Source of the DNA: an uncultured delta proteobacterium | Lineage (GTDB): Bacteria; Desulfobacterota; Desulfobacteria; Desulfobacterales; Desulfatirhabdiaceae | Reading direction: 5' to 3' | Assembly (NCBI GenBank): GCA_963789395.1 | Contig: CAWBKP010000009.1 | Span: 32,001-96,000, forward strand | DNA: 64,000 bases | Shown: positions 30,112-40,554 of the stretch, in pieces | Position numbering within the stretch: position 1 is the first letter of the stretch | Layout: each line of letters opens with the position of its first letter | Notes under the pieces: model-generated | What the model saw: the letters and a program-made list of their open reading frames with translations, nothing else | What the model was told of the DNA's origin: nothing | Databases searched by the model: none | Position numbers and translations under genes: made by a program

Positions 30112-31275
30112 ATGAAATCCCTTTGCATACTCGGATCAACGGGCTCCATCGGCCAAAACACCCTCCGCATTGTGGAACAGTTTCCCGAACTGTTCTGCGT
30201 CAAAGCCCTTGCCGCCAAATCAAACATCACACGACTTGCCGGGCAGATTCAAAGATTTCGGCCGGAAATTGCCGCGGTTTTCGATGCGGACTCGGCGCAT
30301 AAGCTTTCAGCGCTGCTGCCGGCAGGACTCAAAATAAATATCCTGTCCGGCCCTGAGGGGCTAAAAGCCGCCGCCACACTCGGTTCAGTCTCTATGGTGG
30401 TAGGCGCTATGGTGGGAGCAGCAGGCCTCATCCCGGTTCTGGAAGCCATCTCCGCCGGCAAAGACATTGCCCTGGCCAACAAGGAAACCCTGGTCATGGC
30501 AGGCGGCCTGGTCATGGGCCTTGCCGCGGAACGCAAGGTGCGCATTCTTCCCATAGACAGTGAGCACAGTGCGATTCTTCAGTGTCTTCAGGGCAGCGAC
30601 AGCGCTGCCGTCCGGAAGCTGATAGTGACCTGTTCCGGAGGTCCGTTTCGCCATAAGCCCATGAATGAATTTTCCGGCATCACGGTAACAGAAGCCCTTT
30701 CCCATCCAAACTGGGAGATGGGAAAGAAAATCAGCATTGATTCCGCCACCCTGATGAATAAAGGACTTGAGGTGATCGAAGCCCATCATTTGTTCGGGCT
30801 TTCCCGAAACCGGATCGATGTTGTCATTCATCCCCAAAGTGTGATACATTCCATGGTAGCGTTTCAGGATGGATCGGTTATGGCGCAGATGGGTATACCG
30901 GACATGAAAACAGCCATTGCTTATGCGCTGTCTTACCCGCAGCGGCTGCCGCTCGGCCAGGCCCTGCCGGATTTTCCCAAGATCGGCGCCCTGACGTTTG
31001 AAGCCCCGGACATGGACAAGTTTCCCTGTCTCAAACTTGCCTGCCTGGCCTGCGATTGCGGTGAAACACTGCCTGCCGTACTGAACGCATCCAACGAGAT
31101 TGCGGTTCAGGCATTTCTGGATGAAAAAATCCGGTTTTCCGACATCCCGGAAATCATTCGGAACACAATGGACCATCACACGGTGATCCCGTCTCCGGGC
31201 CTGGATGAAATTCTTAGGTCGGATTCCTGGGCAAGGGCCGAAGCAACCAAGGCTGTTGAAAAATTATACAAATAA
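30112..31275 (+). CDS. dxr: 1-deoxy-D-xylulose-5-phosphate reductoisomerase
   Basis: LGSTGSIG, LANKETLV, PIDSEHSA, MGKKISIDSATLMNKGLE. Confidence 0.98.
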   Translation: MKSLCILGSTGSIGQNTLRIVEQFPELFCVKALAAKSNITRLAGQIQRFRPEIAAVFDADSAHKLSALLPAGLKINILSGPEGLKAAATLGSVSMVVGAMVGAAGLIPVLEAISAGKDIALANKETLVMAGGLVMGLAAERKVRILPIDSEHSAILQCLQGSDSAAVRKLIVTCSGGPFRHKPMNEFSGITVTEALSHPNWEMGKKISIDSATLMNKGLEVIEAHHLFGLSRNRIDVVIHPQSVIHSMVAFQDGSVMAQMGIPDMKTAIAYALSYPQRLPLGQALPDFPKIGALTFEAPDMDKFPCLKLACLACDCGETLPAVLNASNEIAVQAFLDEKIRFSDIPEIIRNTMDHHTVIPSPGLDEILRSDSWARAEATKAVEKLYK

Positions 31276-31362
31276 TCCCCGTTCGCCATCACACTGCATG
31301 CCTGCGGGAGTTTCATGTTGAACGCAATACGGAATAAGAGGAGCCGGTTTTACTAATTTATT

Positions 31363-32433
31363 ATGACAACCAATATTTTTTCATTTATCATTGTGCTCAG
31401 TATCCTGATTCTCGTCCATGAGCTCGGCCATTTTCTGGTGGCAAGGCTTTTTGGTGTAGGGGTTCTCAAATTTTCCCTCGGATTCGGACCCCGTATCGCT
31501 GGAAAGACCATCGGCATTACGGACTACCGGCTGTCTGCAATTCCTCTGGGCGGCTATGTCAAGATGGTCGGCGATGAGCCCGATGTCGATATTCCGCCGG
31601 AAGACATTCCCCTGTCGTTCAACCACAAACCGCTATTTAAGCGCTTTTTGATTGTCGCAGCCGGCCCTTTTTCCAATCTGCTGCTGGCCGTGGTGATTTT
31701 TTTCGGTCTTTTTCTGATCACCGGCATTCCCGTTCTCAATCCCGTGATCGGAAAAATCGACGCCGGTTCCCCTGCCGGCAAGGCCGGGATTCAAGAAGGC
31801 GACAACGTAACCGCCATCAATGGCCAGGCCATCGACAGCTGGGAAGCAATGGCCAAAATGATCACCTCCAGCAAGGGGCAGGATCTGACCCTGACCGTTC
31901 TCAGGCAGGGTCAGATCCTTGATATCGTGGTAGCCCCTCAGCCGAAACCCTCTAAAAACCTTTTCGGAGAATCCATTGACCGGTATGTGATCGGCGTTAT
32001 GTCCTCAGGGGATGTCCACATCCGCAAGCTGAGATTTGGGGAAGCCCTGTCGGAAAGTCTGGAGCAAACCTATAAGATAGCAGAGCTGACTGTTCTTAGC
32101 GTCATCAAGCTGATACAGGGAACCGTATCCACCAAAACACTGGGCGGCCCCATCATGATCGCCGAGATGGCCGGACAACAGGCCAAAGAAGGCGTGGCCA
32201 GCCTGGTATTTTTCATTGCACTTCTCAGCATCAATCTCGGTATTCTCAATTTTCTGCCCATTCCCGTGCTGGACGGCGGTCATTTGTTCTTTTTCTTGAT
32301 CGAAGCGGTCATCCGCCGCCCTTTAAGCATTCGTGTTCGGGAACTGGCCCAGCAGGCCGGCATCGCCGCGCTGGTCCTGTTGATGATTCTCGTGTTTTAC
32401 AACGATATCAACCGAATCTTCTTCACAGGATAA
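31363..32433 (+). CDS. rseP: RIP metalloprotease RseP
   Basis: HELGH, PLGGYVKM, PDZ domain, NFLPIPVLDGGH. Confidence 0.96.
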   Translation: MTTNIFSFIIVLSILILVHELGHFLVARLFGVGVLKFSLGFGPRIAGKTIGITDYRLSAIPLGGYVKMVGDEPDVDIPPEDIPLSFNHKPLFKRFLIVAAGPFSNLLLAVVIFFGLFLITGIPVLNPVIGKIDAGSPAGKAGIQEGDNVTAINGQAIDSWEAMAKMITSSKGQDLTLTVLRQGQILDIVVAPQPKPSKNLFGESIDRYVIGVMSSGDVHIRKLRFGEALSESLEQTYKIAELTVLSVIKLIQGTVSTKTLGGPIMIAEMAGQQAKEGVASLVFFIALLSINLGILNFLPIPVLDGGHLFFFLIEAVIRRPLSIRVRELAQQAGIAALVLLMILVFYNDINRIFFTG

Positions 32434-32437
32434 TACA

Positions 32438-35437
32438 ATGCCCCACCGACTTGAGATTACGCTGAAACCCGGTCTGTTTGACGCAGAAGGCCAGGGCATC
32501 CGCAACAAGACCCTGAACTATTTCGGCATATCCCTGGATGCCGTCCGGACGATTCAGGTGATTACAATCGATGCGGCATTGACGCCCGAACAACTCTCCA
32601 AGGTTCAGACCGAAATCTTTACCAACCCGGTGACCCAGGTTTCCGCATTTTCCCCCCTTTCCCTCGATTTCGACTGGTGTATCTGGGTGGGATTCAGGCC
32701 CGGCGTCAAGGATAATGCCGGCAGCACGGCTGTAGAAGCTGTTGAAGATGTTCTGGGAATCAGGCTTAATCCCGGCGAGGCGGTATACACCTCAAAACGC
32801 TACTGCATTCAGGCAAAGGATCTGACGCGTCTTCAGGCAGATGCGGTTGCCGGAGAGCTTCTGGCAAACGACATCATCCAGCAGTGGCGGATTTACTCGA
32901 AATCAAGCTGGGATCCGGTTGATGGCATCGGCATGATGATCCCCAAGGTTCAGCTCAACCACAGCCCGGCTGTCACCGTCATTCCCGTGGACCGCGATGA
33001 GAATCTTGAGGCCGTCAGCCTGTCCCGGAATCTGGCCTTGAATCCCAATGACATTCCCATCATCCGCCGGTATTTTTTCGACCCGTCGGTCCGGCAGGAT
33101 CGATCCAAATGGGGGCTTTCAGATCCCACCGATATCGAGCTGGAATATCTTTCCCAGGCCAGAAGCGACCATTGCAACCACAATACCTTCAGAGGCCTTT
33201 TCCGGTATCGGAACCTTGACACCGGAGACAGCGTGACCGTCAACAACCTGTTCAAGACCTGCATTGAAGCACCGACCCTGGCGCTGAAAGCGCAGAAACC
33301 CTGGGTGATATCCGTCCTGTGGGACAATGCGGGCGCCGCCCGCTTTGACGATGACCATTATTATGTCATCACCGGAGAGACGCATAACTCGCCTTCCAAC
33401 ATGGAAGCCTATGGCGGCGCCATCACCGGAATCGTGGGCGTATACCGTGATCCGCTTGGGACCGGTAAAGGCTCCCGCCTGATCATGGGAAGCTACGGCT
33501 TCTGCGTCGGACCCCGGAATTATGCGGGAGATCTGAAGCCGCGGCTTCATCCCAGAAGGCTTCTGGACGGTGTCATCGAAGGGGTTCGGGACGGCGGCAA
33601 CAAAAGCGGCATTCCCACCATCTTCGGCCAGACCCTCTTTCATTCCGGGTATATGGGCAAATGTCTTGTTTTTGTCACCGCCCTTGGCATCATGCCCGCC
33701 ACAATCAACGGACAGCCCGCAGAGGAGAAGAAAACCTCGGCCGGCGACCTGGTCATCATGTGCGGCGGCAGGGTCGGAAAAGACGGCATCCACGGCGTGA
33801 CGGCATCTTCGGAGGTTTTTTCCCAGCATACGCCGGCCGGGCACGTTCAGATCGGCGATCCCTACACCCAGAAAAAAATGCAGGATTTTCTCCTGGAAGC
33901 GCGGGATTCGGGTCTGATTCAGTTCATCACGGATAATGGCGGCGGCGGACTTTCATCCTCTATCGGCGAATCCGCAATGTTTTCAAACGGCTGCGCCATA
34001 CAGCTGGAGAAAGTCCCGCTGAAATACGAGGGACTCGACCAGTGGGAGATATGGATTTCCGAATCCCAGGAGCGCATGACCCTTGCCATCAAACCCGATC
34101 ATCTGGACGCTTTCATGTCCCTTTCCCGCAAACATGCCGTGGAAAGTACCGTGATCGGAGAATATACCGATTCCGGCAAGCTGCATATCAGTTACGATGG
34201 CAAAACCTGTGCCTGGATCGACCTGAGTCTGCTGTCATCCGGTTTCCCCCAGTGGGAATTCGATGCCGACTGGCAGAGCCCTGAAACACGCGGATACTTT
34301 GAACCCGTTCTCAAAGAACCCTGCGACTATCGCACATTGCTTCTGGACATGCTGTCCCGCCCCAATCTCTGTTCAAAGGAATGGATCACACGTCAGTACG
34401 ATCACGAAGTGCAGGGGTCGAGCATCATTAAACCCCTGGTGGGAAAGGACCGGGATGTTTGCAGCGATGCTTCCGTTATCCGGCCTGTCTTGACATCGGA
34501 ACGCGGAATTGTCTTTACCCAGGCACTGCTCCCCCTGTATTCACAGATCGACGCCCATGCCATGACCGCCTGTACCATAGACGAAGCGGTTCGAAGACTC
34601 ATTTCCGTCGGCGGAGATATGGACCAGATCGGCGGGGTGGACAATTTCTGCTGGCCCAGCATTCAATATCATCCGGTAAACAATCCGGACGGCCGCCTGA
34701 AAGCGGCTCAGCTCGTCAGATCCTGTCTTGCCCTGAAAGAAATGTGCCTGGCATACGGCATTCCACTGCTTTCCGGAAAAGACAGCATGTATGTGGATGG
34801 GCATCTTGCCGGAAAATACGGCGAAACCCATAAAGTCTCCGCCCTTGAGACCCTACAGTTTTCCGCCAGCACCCTTATTTCCGATATCAGCCGGTGCGTG
34901 ACCCTGGATCCCAAAGCGTCTGGCGACCGGATCTATGTTCTGGGCCTGACGCGAAACGAGCTGGGCGGCTCGGAATATTATGACCATTTGGGTTATGTGG
35001 GACTGCATGTTCCCCAGGTATTTGCCGATCAATTTCTTCCGATGTACCGGGCGCTTTCCAAAGCCATCGAAAACCGGCTGGTTGCTTCCTGCCACGGCAT
35101 TTACAGCGGGGGTCTGGCTGTTCATCTGGCCCTTGTCGCCATGGCCGGCAATATCGGTATGACCATCGAGCTTTCCCATCTGCCCCTTGAAGAACCCATG
35201 AGAGACGATCTGGCCCTGTTCTCGGAATCCGCGGGCCGTTTCATTGTTACTGTATCCGCGGACAATTTGCAGGCGTTTGAATCGCTGGTGGCCGGGCATC
35301 CTTTTGCCTGCATCGGAAACACCACGGATGAAGCCGGCAGTCTTGAAATCCGGGCAGCATCCGGAGACCCGATTCTGCACGTATCGATTGCCGAGCTGAA
35401 AACTGCCTGGAAAAAGCCTTTTGGAGCTTTGATATGA
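32438..35437 (+). CDS. purL: Phosphoribosylformylglycinamidine synthase, synthetase subunit with N-terminal PurS-like domains
   Basis: SDHCNH, ETHNSPS, VGKDGIHG, VQIGDP, ISESQERM, QYDHEVQ, DNFCWP, SGKDSM. Confidence 0.93.
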   Translation: MPHRLEITLKPGLFDAEGQGIRNKTLNYFGISLDAVRTIQVITIDAALTPEQLSKVQTEIFTNPVTQVSAFSPLSLDFDWCIWVGFRPGVKDNAGSTAVEAVEDVLGIRLNPGEAVYTSKRYCIQAKDLTRLQADAVAGELLANDIIQQWRIYSKSSWDPVDGIGMMIPKVQLNHSPAVTVIPVDRDENLEAVSLSRNLALNPNDIPIIRRYFFDPSVRQDRSKWGLSDPTDIELEYLSQARSDHCNHNTFRGLFRYRNLDTGDSVTVNNLFKTCIEAPTLALKAQKPWVISVLWDNAGAARFDDDHYYVITGETHNSPSNMEAYGGAITGIVGVYRDPLGTGKGSRLIMGSYGFCVGPRNYAGDLKPRLHPRRLLDGVIEGVRDGGNKSGIPTIFGQTLFHSGYMGKCLVFVTALGIMPATINGQPAEEKKTSAGDLVIMCGGRVGKDGIHGVTASSEVFSQHTPAGHVQIGDPYTQKKMQDFLLEARDSGLIQFITDNGGGGLSSSIGESAMFSNGCAIQLEKVPLKYEGLDQWEIWISESQERMTLAIKPDHLDAFMSLSRKHAVESTVIGEYTDSGKLHISYDGKTCAWIDLSLLSSGFPQWEFDADWQSPETRGYFEPVLKEPCDYRTLLLDMLSRPNLCSKEWITRQYDHEVQGSSIIKPLVGKDRDVCSDASVIRPVLTSERGIVFTQALLPLYSQIDAHAMTACTIDEAVRRLISVGGDMDQIGGVDNFCWPSIQYHPVNNPDGRLKAAQLVRSCLALKEMCLAYGIPLLSGKDSMYVDGHLAGKYGETHKVSALETLQFSASTLISDISRCVTLDPKASGDRIYVLGLTRNELGGSEYYDHLGYVGLHVPQVFADQFLPMYRALSKAIENRLVASCHGIYSGGLAVHLALVAMAGNIGMTIELSHLPLEEPMRDDLALFSESAGRFIVTVSADNLQAFESLVAGHPFACIGNTTDEAGSLEIRAASGDPILHVSIAELKTAWKKPFGALI

Positions 35438-36252
35438 GCAAAGTGAATGTTCTGATTCAAACCGGCTACGGACTGAACTGCGATCTTGAGACCGCTCATG
35501 CCTTCGCGCTTGCCGGTGCTTCTCCCACCCGGATTCACATCAATTCCCTGGTGGACGGATCCGTTCGGCTGGAGTCCTATCAGATCCTGGTTTTCGGAGG
35601 CGGATTCAGCTGGGGCGACGACCACGGCGCCGGCGTGATTCATGCGGTTCGGCTCAAAACTCATATCGGCGGACAGCTTCTGGAATTTATCGACAAGGGA
35701 AAACTTGTCATCGGCATCTGCAATGGATTTCAGACCCTGGTAAATCTCGGCCTGCTGCCCGGCCTTGACGGGGATTACCGCCGGCGTTCGGTGGCCCTCA
35801 CTTTCAACGACTGCGGCAACTTCAGGGATCAGTGGGTTTCGCTTCAAGCGGACCCCGAATCCCCCTGCGTGTTTACAAAGGGAATGGGCGCACTCGAGCT
35901 CCCGGTTCGCCACGGAGAAGGGAAATTCTATGCTGAGCCTGCCATCATCAGCCAACTTGAGAAAAACCACCAAGTGGCCCTGCGCTACTGCCTGCCGGAC
36001 GGATCGCCGGCAAACGGCAGTTTTCCCCATAACCCCAATGGGTCGGTTCACGATATAGCCGGCATCTGTGATCCCACCGGCAGGATTTTCGGCCTCATGC
36101 CGCATCCGGAGGCCTATCACCATTTCACCAACCATCCGGACTGGACCCGGATCCGGGAGGTGAACCGGCGAAAAGGCATCACCGAAGCTCCCGGCGTGAC
36201 ACCGGGAATCCGCATTCTTGAGAACGCGGTCAATTTCATTCGCTCCCGATGA
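35434..36252 (+). CDS. purQ: FGAM synthase glutaminase subunit
   Basis: GGFSWGD, GICNGFQ, HGEG, GLMPHPE. Confidence 0.95.
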   Translation: MSKVNVLIQTGYGLNCDLETAHAFALAGASPTRIHINSLVDGSVRLESYQILVFGGGFSWGDDHGAGVIHAVRLKTHIGGQLLEFIDKGKLVIGICNGFQTLVNLGLLPGLDGDYRRRSVALTFNDCGNFRDQWVSLQADPESPCVFTKGMGALELPVRHGEGKFYAEPAIISQLEKNHQVALRYCLPDGSPANGSFPHNPNGSVHDIAGICDPTGRIFGLMPHPEAYHHFTNHPDWTRIREVNRRKGITEAPGVTPGIRILENAVNFIRSR

Positions 36253-37559
36253 CGACATTTTTGATAAAAACGCTGGGTTGCAAAGTCAATCAATTTGAAT
36301 CCGAAACCCTGGAACAGTCGCTTGTCAACCATGGGTACCGGCAGGCCGGCGGGGAAGAGGCGGCTGGTCTTTGCATCATCAACACCTGCACCGTCACGCA
36401 GAAAGCATCCATGCAATCCCGGCAGGCCATCCGGCAGGCCATCCGCGCCAATCCCGGAGCCAGGATTCTGGTAACCGGCTGCTATGCCCAGACCGAACCC
36501 GAAGCCATTCAAAAAATAGCAGGCGTCCATGACATTGTCGGGCATGGAAACAAGTCCAGGATTCCGGAAATAATTTTTCAGGCGGATGGCCTCAGTCAGG
36601 CGACGGAAAGTCACAGCCGTGCCATGAACAATTGTTCCGGTTTTGAGTCTTCAGCCTTATTTCAACAAAGCCGCACCCGGCCGTTTTTAAAAATCCAGGA
36701 TGGTTGCAATGCCTTCTGCACCTACTGCATTGTGCCTGTTGCGCGGGGCAGAAGCCGAAGCCTTTCCATGGAATCCGTACTGGAATCCATTGGCCGACTG
36801 AAAGCTGAAGGCATTCATGAAGTCGTTCTGACAGGCATTCATATCGGCCATTATGGCCTGGACCTGCACCCCCGAACCTGCCTGAGCGATCTGCTGGCTG
36901 CCATTGAAAATGACGGACGCATGGAGCGGATCCGAATCAGCTCCATAGAACCCGCCGAAATTTCCGACGCATTGATCGATCGGGTTGCCGGCTCTCAGGT
37001 ATTCTGCCGTCATTTTCATATTCCGCTTCAAAGCGGGGACAATGGCGTGTTACAGCGGATGAACCGGCCTTACACACGGGAACTGTTTCAAGAACTGGTT
37101 CAACGGATTCATGACCGAATCCCGGATGCCGCCATCGGTGCGGATGTCCTGGTCGGCTTCCCCGGAGAAAGCGATGCAGCGTTTGATCAAACGCTTTCGC
37201 TGATCGAGGCGATTCCGGTCACCTATCTGCACGTCTTTCCGTTTTCGCCCAGAAAAGGCACGCCGGCGTACGGCTTTAGGGACCAGATTCCCCATTCGGT
37301 TGTCAAGACCCGGTGCAGCATTGTCAGGGCGACAGGCAAGGCCAAAAAAAAATCATTTTATCGCAGCCACATCGGAAAAGAAGTCAAAATCCTGATCGAA
37401 GGCATGCGGAATCCTTCCACCGGCCTGTTAAAGGGCATGACTTCCAATTATATCCCGGTGATGGTTGCAGGCAAGGATCATCTCAAAAACACATTGGCAA
37501 CAGCCCGGATCATCCGATTTCAGGGTGAGACCGCCATGTTCGGTGAACTTCTTTACTAA
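36249..37559 (+). CDS. mtaB: tRNA t6A37 methylthiotransferase
   Basis: TLGCKVNQFES, INTCTVT, TGCYAQ, QDGCNAFCTYC, HVFPFSPRKGT. Confidence 0.93.
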   Translation: MTTFLIKTLGCKVNQFESETLEQSLVNHGYRQAGGEEAAGLCIINTCTVTQKASMQSRQAIRQAIRANPGARILVTGCYAQTEPEAIQKIAGVHDIVGHGNKSRIPEIIFQADGLSQATESHSRAMNNCSGFESSALFQQSRTRPFLKIQDGCNAFCTYCIVPVARGRSRSLSMESVLESIGRLKAEGIHEVVLTGIHIGHYGLDLHPRTCLSDLLAAIENDGRMERIRISSIEPAEISDALIDRVAGSQVFCRHFHIPLQSGDNGVLQRMNRPYTRELFQELVQRIHDRIPDAAIGADVLVGFPGESDAAFDQTLSLIEAIPVTYLHVFPFSPRKGTPAYGFRDQIPHSVVKTRCSIVRATGKAKKKSFYRSHIGKEVKILIEGMRNPSTGLLKGMTSNYIPVMVAGKDHLKNTLATARIIRFQGETAMFGELLY

Positions 37560-37645
37560 TCCTGGCGCCATTCCCGTCGGATATGAAAACCCGGCCGTAT
37601 GACCCACTACCCATAGCCTATTATCAACTGCCCCATTTTGTGAAT

Positions 37646-38833
37646 ATGCCAACCGTACGATTAAAGAAAGGCCGGGAAAAATCCCTTCTCAACCGCCACC
37701 CCTGGGTGTTCTCAGGTGCTATCGATGCGATCAGCGGAGACATCGAATCGGGTCAAACAGTTGATCTTGTATCGGCAAACGGAAGATGGCTGGCAACAGG
37801 CGCTTTTTCCCCTCAGTCTCAGATTGCCGTAAGGATCTGGTCATTTGATCAGGATGAAAAAATCTCCATCGCGTTTTTCCGGAATCGGATATCACGGGCG
37901 ATTCTGGCCAGAACGCTTCCGGGAACCCGGCAGAATTTTTCGGCATGCAGGCTGATCCATTCCGAATCAGACGGACTTCCCGGCCTTACCGTCGACAAAT
38001 ACGGGGATTATCTGGTGTGCCAGTTTCTTTCCGCAGGCGCCGAGTACTGGAAAACCGATCTGGTTCGGATCCTGGAGGAGTTTGCCCCCTGCAAGGGCAG
38101 TTATGAACGCTCGGATGTGGCGGTCCGGGAAAAGGAAGGCCTGTCTCCGGCCACCGGGATTCTGAGCGGCGACTGCCCGCCGGAGCCGATTCTGATTGAG
38201 GAAAATAATCTCCGGTTCCGGGTGGATGTCTTAAAAGGGCATAAAACCGGTTTTTACCTGGATCAGCGGGAAAACCGCGCCATGATTCCGGAATTCTGCA
38301 AAGGGGCCGATGTCCTGAACTGCTTTGCCTATACCGGCGCTTTCGGCGTGGCTGCGCTTGCCGCCGGCGCGAAATCCGTCACCAACATTGAATCAAATCC
38401 TGCCCTTCTGGACATGGCCAGGGAAAACACCCAGCTCAACGGACTGGATTTTTCCCGCGTGCAGAATCTGGCAGAGGATGTGTTTCACACCCTTCGCCGT
38501 TTCCGGGACAGCCGGCGCAAATTTGATGTGATCATTCTGGATCCGCCCAAGTTTGCCGAGTCCCGGAGCCAGATACCCAAGGCCTGCAGGGGCTATAAGG
38601 ACATCAATCTTCTGGCGGCAAAACTTCTGAGCCCCGGCGGAACCCTGATCACGTTTTCCTGCTCGGGGCTGATGCCGCAGGATCTGTTTCAAAAAATAGT
38701 CGCGGATGCAGCAAGGGATGCCGGAAGAACCGGGCAGATCGTTCGCAGGCTGTATCAGGCATCCGATCATCCGACAGCACTCGAGTTCCCGGAAGGGACA
38801 TATCTCAAAGGACTGATCTGCAGAGTATGGTGA
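37646..38833 (+). CDS. rlmI: 23S rRNA m5C1962-type SAM methyltransferase
   Basis: HPWVFSGAI (PUA), ESDGLPGL, GHKTGFYLDQR, ILDPPKF, TFSCSG. Confidence 0.9.
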   Translation: MPTVRLKKGREKSLLNRHPWVFSGAIDAISGDIESGQTVDLVSANGRWLATGAFSPQSQIAVRIWSFDQDEKISIAFFRNRISRAILARTLPGTRQNFSACRLIHSESDGLPGLTVDKYGDYLVCQFLSAGAEYWKTDLVRILEEFAPCKGSYERSDVAVREKEGLSPATGILSGDCPPEPILIEENNLRFRVDVLKGHKTGFYLDQRENRAMIPEFCKGADVLNCFAYTGAFGVAALAAGAKSVTNIESNPALLDMARENTQLNGLDFSRVQNLAEDVFHTLRRFRDSRRKFDVIILDPPKFAESRSQIPKACRGYKDINLLAAKLLSPGGTLITFSCSGLMPQDLFQKIVADAARDAGRTGQIVRRLYQASDHPTALEFPEGTYLKGLICRVW

Positions 38834-38843
38834 GGAAGCATTA

Positions 38844-39797
38844 ATGAAAACATTCCGAATTATCTTATGGGCTATGCTTCTGTCCCTGTGGGTCATGGCG
38901 GTAGCAAAAGCCGCTGCCCCAAGCATGGGAGCTGTTCTAAAAAATGCCCGATTCATGTCCTATACCCCAAGAAGCTTTTCCGTGGAAAACGGGCAAACGA
39001 AACCGGCATCTCCGGAAGGCATTACAGCGGATCTGACGCTGCTTCGCACCGACTTTGACTGCCTCATCACCTATTCCTGCAGCAACGGCCTCGAACAAGT
39101 CCCGGCCGCTGCTGAAAAACTCAACTATCTGTCTGTCATAATCGGCATCTGGGATCCAAAATCCGAAATCGAAATCCGGAACGCCATCCGCCTGGCAAAA
39201 AAATATCCCAAACTGATACTATCCATTTCTGTTGGCAACGAGGGAATTTATGCAAAACGGTATGCTCCGGCGGATGTCGAAAACGCAATCCATCGCATCC
39301 GAAAAGAACTTCCGTCGATTTCCCTGACCACTTCAGAGCCTTTTTTTCTGTATCTCAAGCCGGAGTATTTCGATTATTTTAACGCGATGGATCTGCTGCT
39401 TCCCAATATCCATCCCACTTTCGAAAAATGGTTTCAACCATCGGATTCCCGAAATGGCGCAGCCTTTGTCCTGAATGTGGCGGACAAACTGCAATCCCAG
39501 TATCCCAAACCTCTTATCGTCAAGGAAACCGGGCTTCCGTCGGGGCCCGTTTCGATGGGGTTTACCGAAGCGTATCAAAGCGCGTTCTGGTCCGAGCTTC
39601 TGAAGCAGTCCGGTGCTTCGGAAACCAGGGCCATTTCCTGTTTCGAAGCCTTTGATGCGCCCTGGAAACCGGCGGTCATCAAAGGTGATTTTCCCGGAAG
39701 TGACCATATCCAGGAAGCGTATTGGGGATTTTTTTCCGCTGCGGGAAAATCAAAGCCCGTGGTCAACGCAGTCCGATCAATCCGCGGGAAATGGTAA
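38844..39797 (+). CDS. Secreted glycoside hydrolase, GH17-like
   Basis: Signal peptide; VGNE acid/base, NIHP, KETGLPS nucleophile, FEAFDAPWK, EAYWG. Confidence 0.8.
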   Translation: MKTFRIILWAMLLSLWVMAVAKAAAPSMGAVLKNARFMSYTPRSFSVENGQTKPASPEGITADLTLLRTDFDCLITYSCSNGLEQVPAAAEKLNYLSVIIGIWDPKSEIEIRNAIRLAKKYPKLILSISVGNEGIYAKRYAPADVENAIHRIRKELPSISLTTSEPFFLYLKPEYFDYFNAMDLLLPNIHPTFEKWFQPSDSRNGAAFVLNVADKLQSQYPKPLIVKETGLPSGPVSMGFTEAYQSAFWSELLKQSGASETRAISCFEAFDAPWKPAVIKGDFPGSDHIQEAYWGFFSAAGKSKPVVNAVRSIRGKW

Positions 39798-40547
39798 TAC
39801 ATCAAAAGGCGGGGTGTCTGAGCCGTATTTTTCAAGGCGGATCTTTCCGTTTTCCATCACAGCATACGTAAAATGCTGAATCCAGTCTCCGGTATTGCAG
39901 TAGATTTTGCCGTTCCAGGAGCGCATCTCCGGACAATGGGTATGGCCGAAAACAACGATATCCGGCCCTTGCTTCAACATATTCCTGGCAACTTGGCGAT
40001 ACGCACTGCGCTCGCTTTCCTGAGACCTGAAGCTACTTTGATCTCTGCTGGTTTTGGAAAATCTTTCCCCCAGGGGAACCCCCCAGTTGGGATGGAGCAG
40101 TTTGTAGGCTCTCTGGCACAGGGGATTTCGCAAAATTTTTTTCAGAACCCGATAGCCATGGTCCGAAGGCATCAGGCCATCTCCATGACTCAAGAAAACG
40201 GTTTTACCCTGAAGATTGAGATTCAGAAACCCCGAAGGGTGGACCGCAATGCCGACTTTTTCAGACAGAAATTCCCCCAGCGCAAAATCATGATTTCCCG
40301 CCAGGTAATGAATTTCAACGCCCTGTTTAACCAGCCGTCTGAGCTCATACAGCACGTGGAAATAATCCGGCCGAATGGCATGCGTGTACTCGATCCAGAA
40401 GTCAAACAAATCCCCCATGATGAATAACTGAGCAGCCTTACGGGGTATACTTTCAAAAAAACCGACCAGCCTGGCTTCCCTTTTTTCGGCGTCCGGGGCC
40501 TTTGCGCCCAGGTGGGCGTCTGAAATAAAATAAGCGCTATGGGTCAT
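39777..40547 (-). CDS. lpxH: UDP-2,3-diacylglucosamine diphosphatase (metallophosphoesterase)
   Basis: ISDAHLG, GDLFDFW, GNHD, HGD, FGHTH, NTGDW. Confidence 0.82.
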   Translation of the reverse strand: MTHSAYFISDAHLGAKAPDAEKREARLVGFFESIPRKAAQLFIMGDLFDFWIEYTHAIRPDYFHVLYELRRLVKQGVEIHYLAGNHDFALGEFLSEKVGIAVHPSGFLNLNLQGKTVFLSHGDGLMPSDHGYRVLKKILRNPLCQRAYKLLHPNWGVPLGERFSKTSRDQSSFRSQESERSAYRQVARNMLKQGPDIVVFGHTHCPEMRSWNGKIYCNTGDWIQHFTYAVMENGKIRLEKYGSDTPPFDVLPFPAD

Positions 40548-40554
40548 ACGATCG

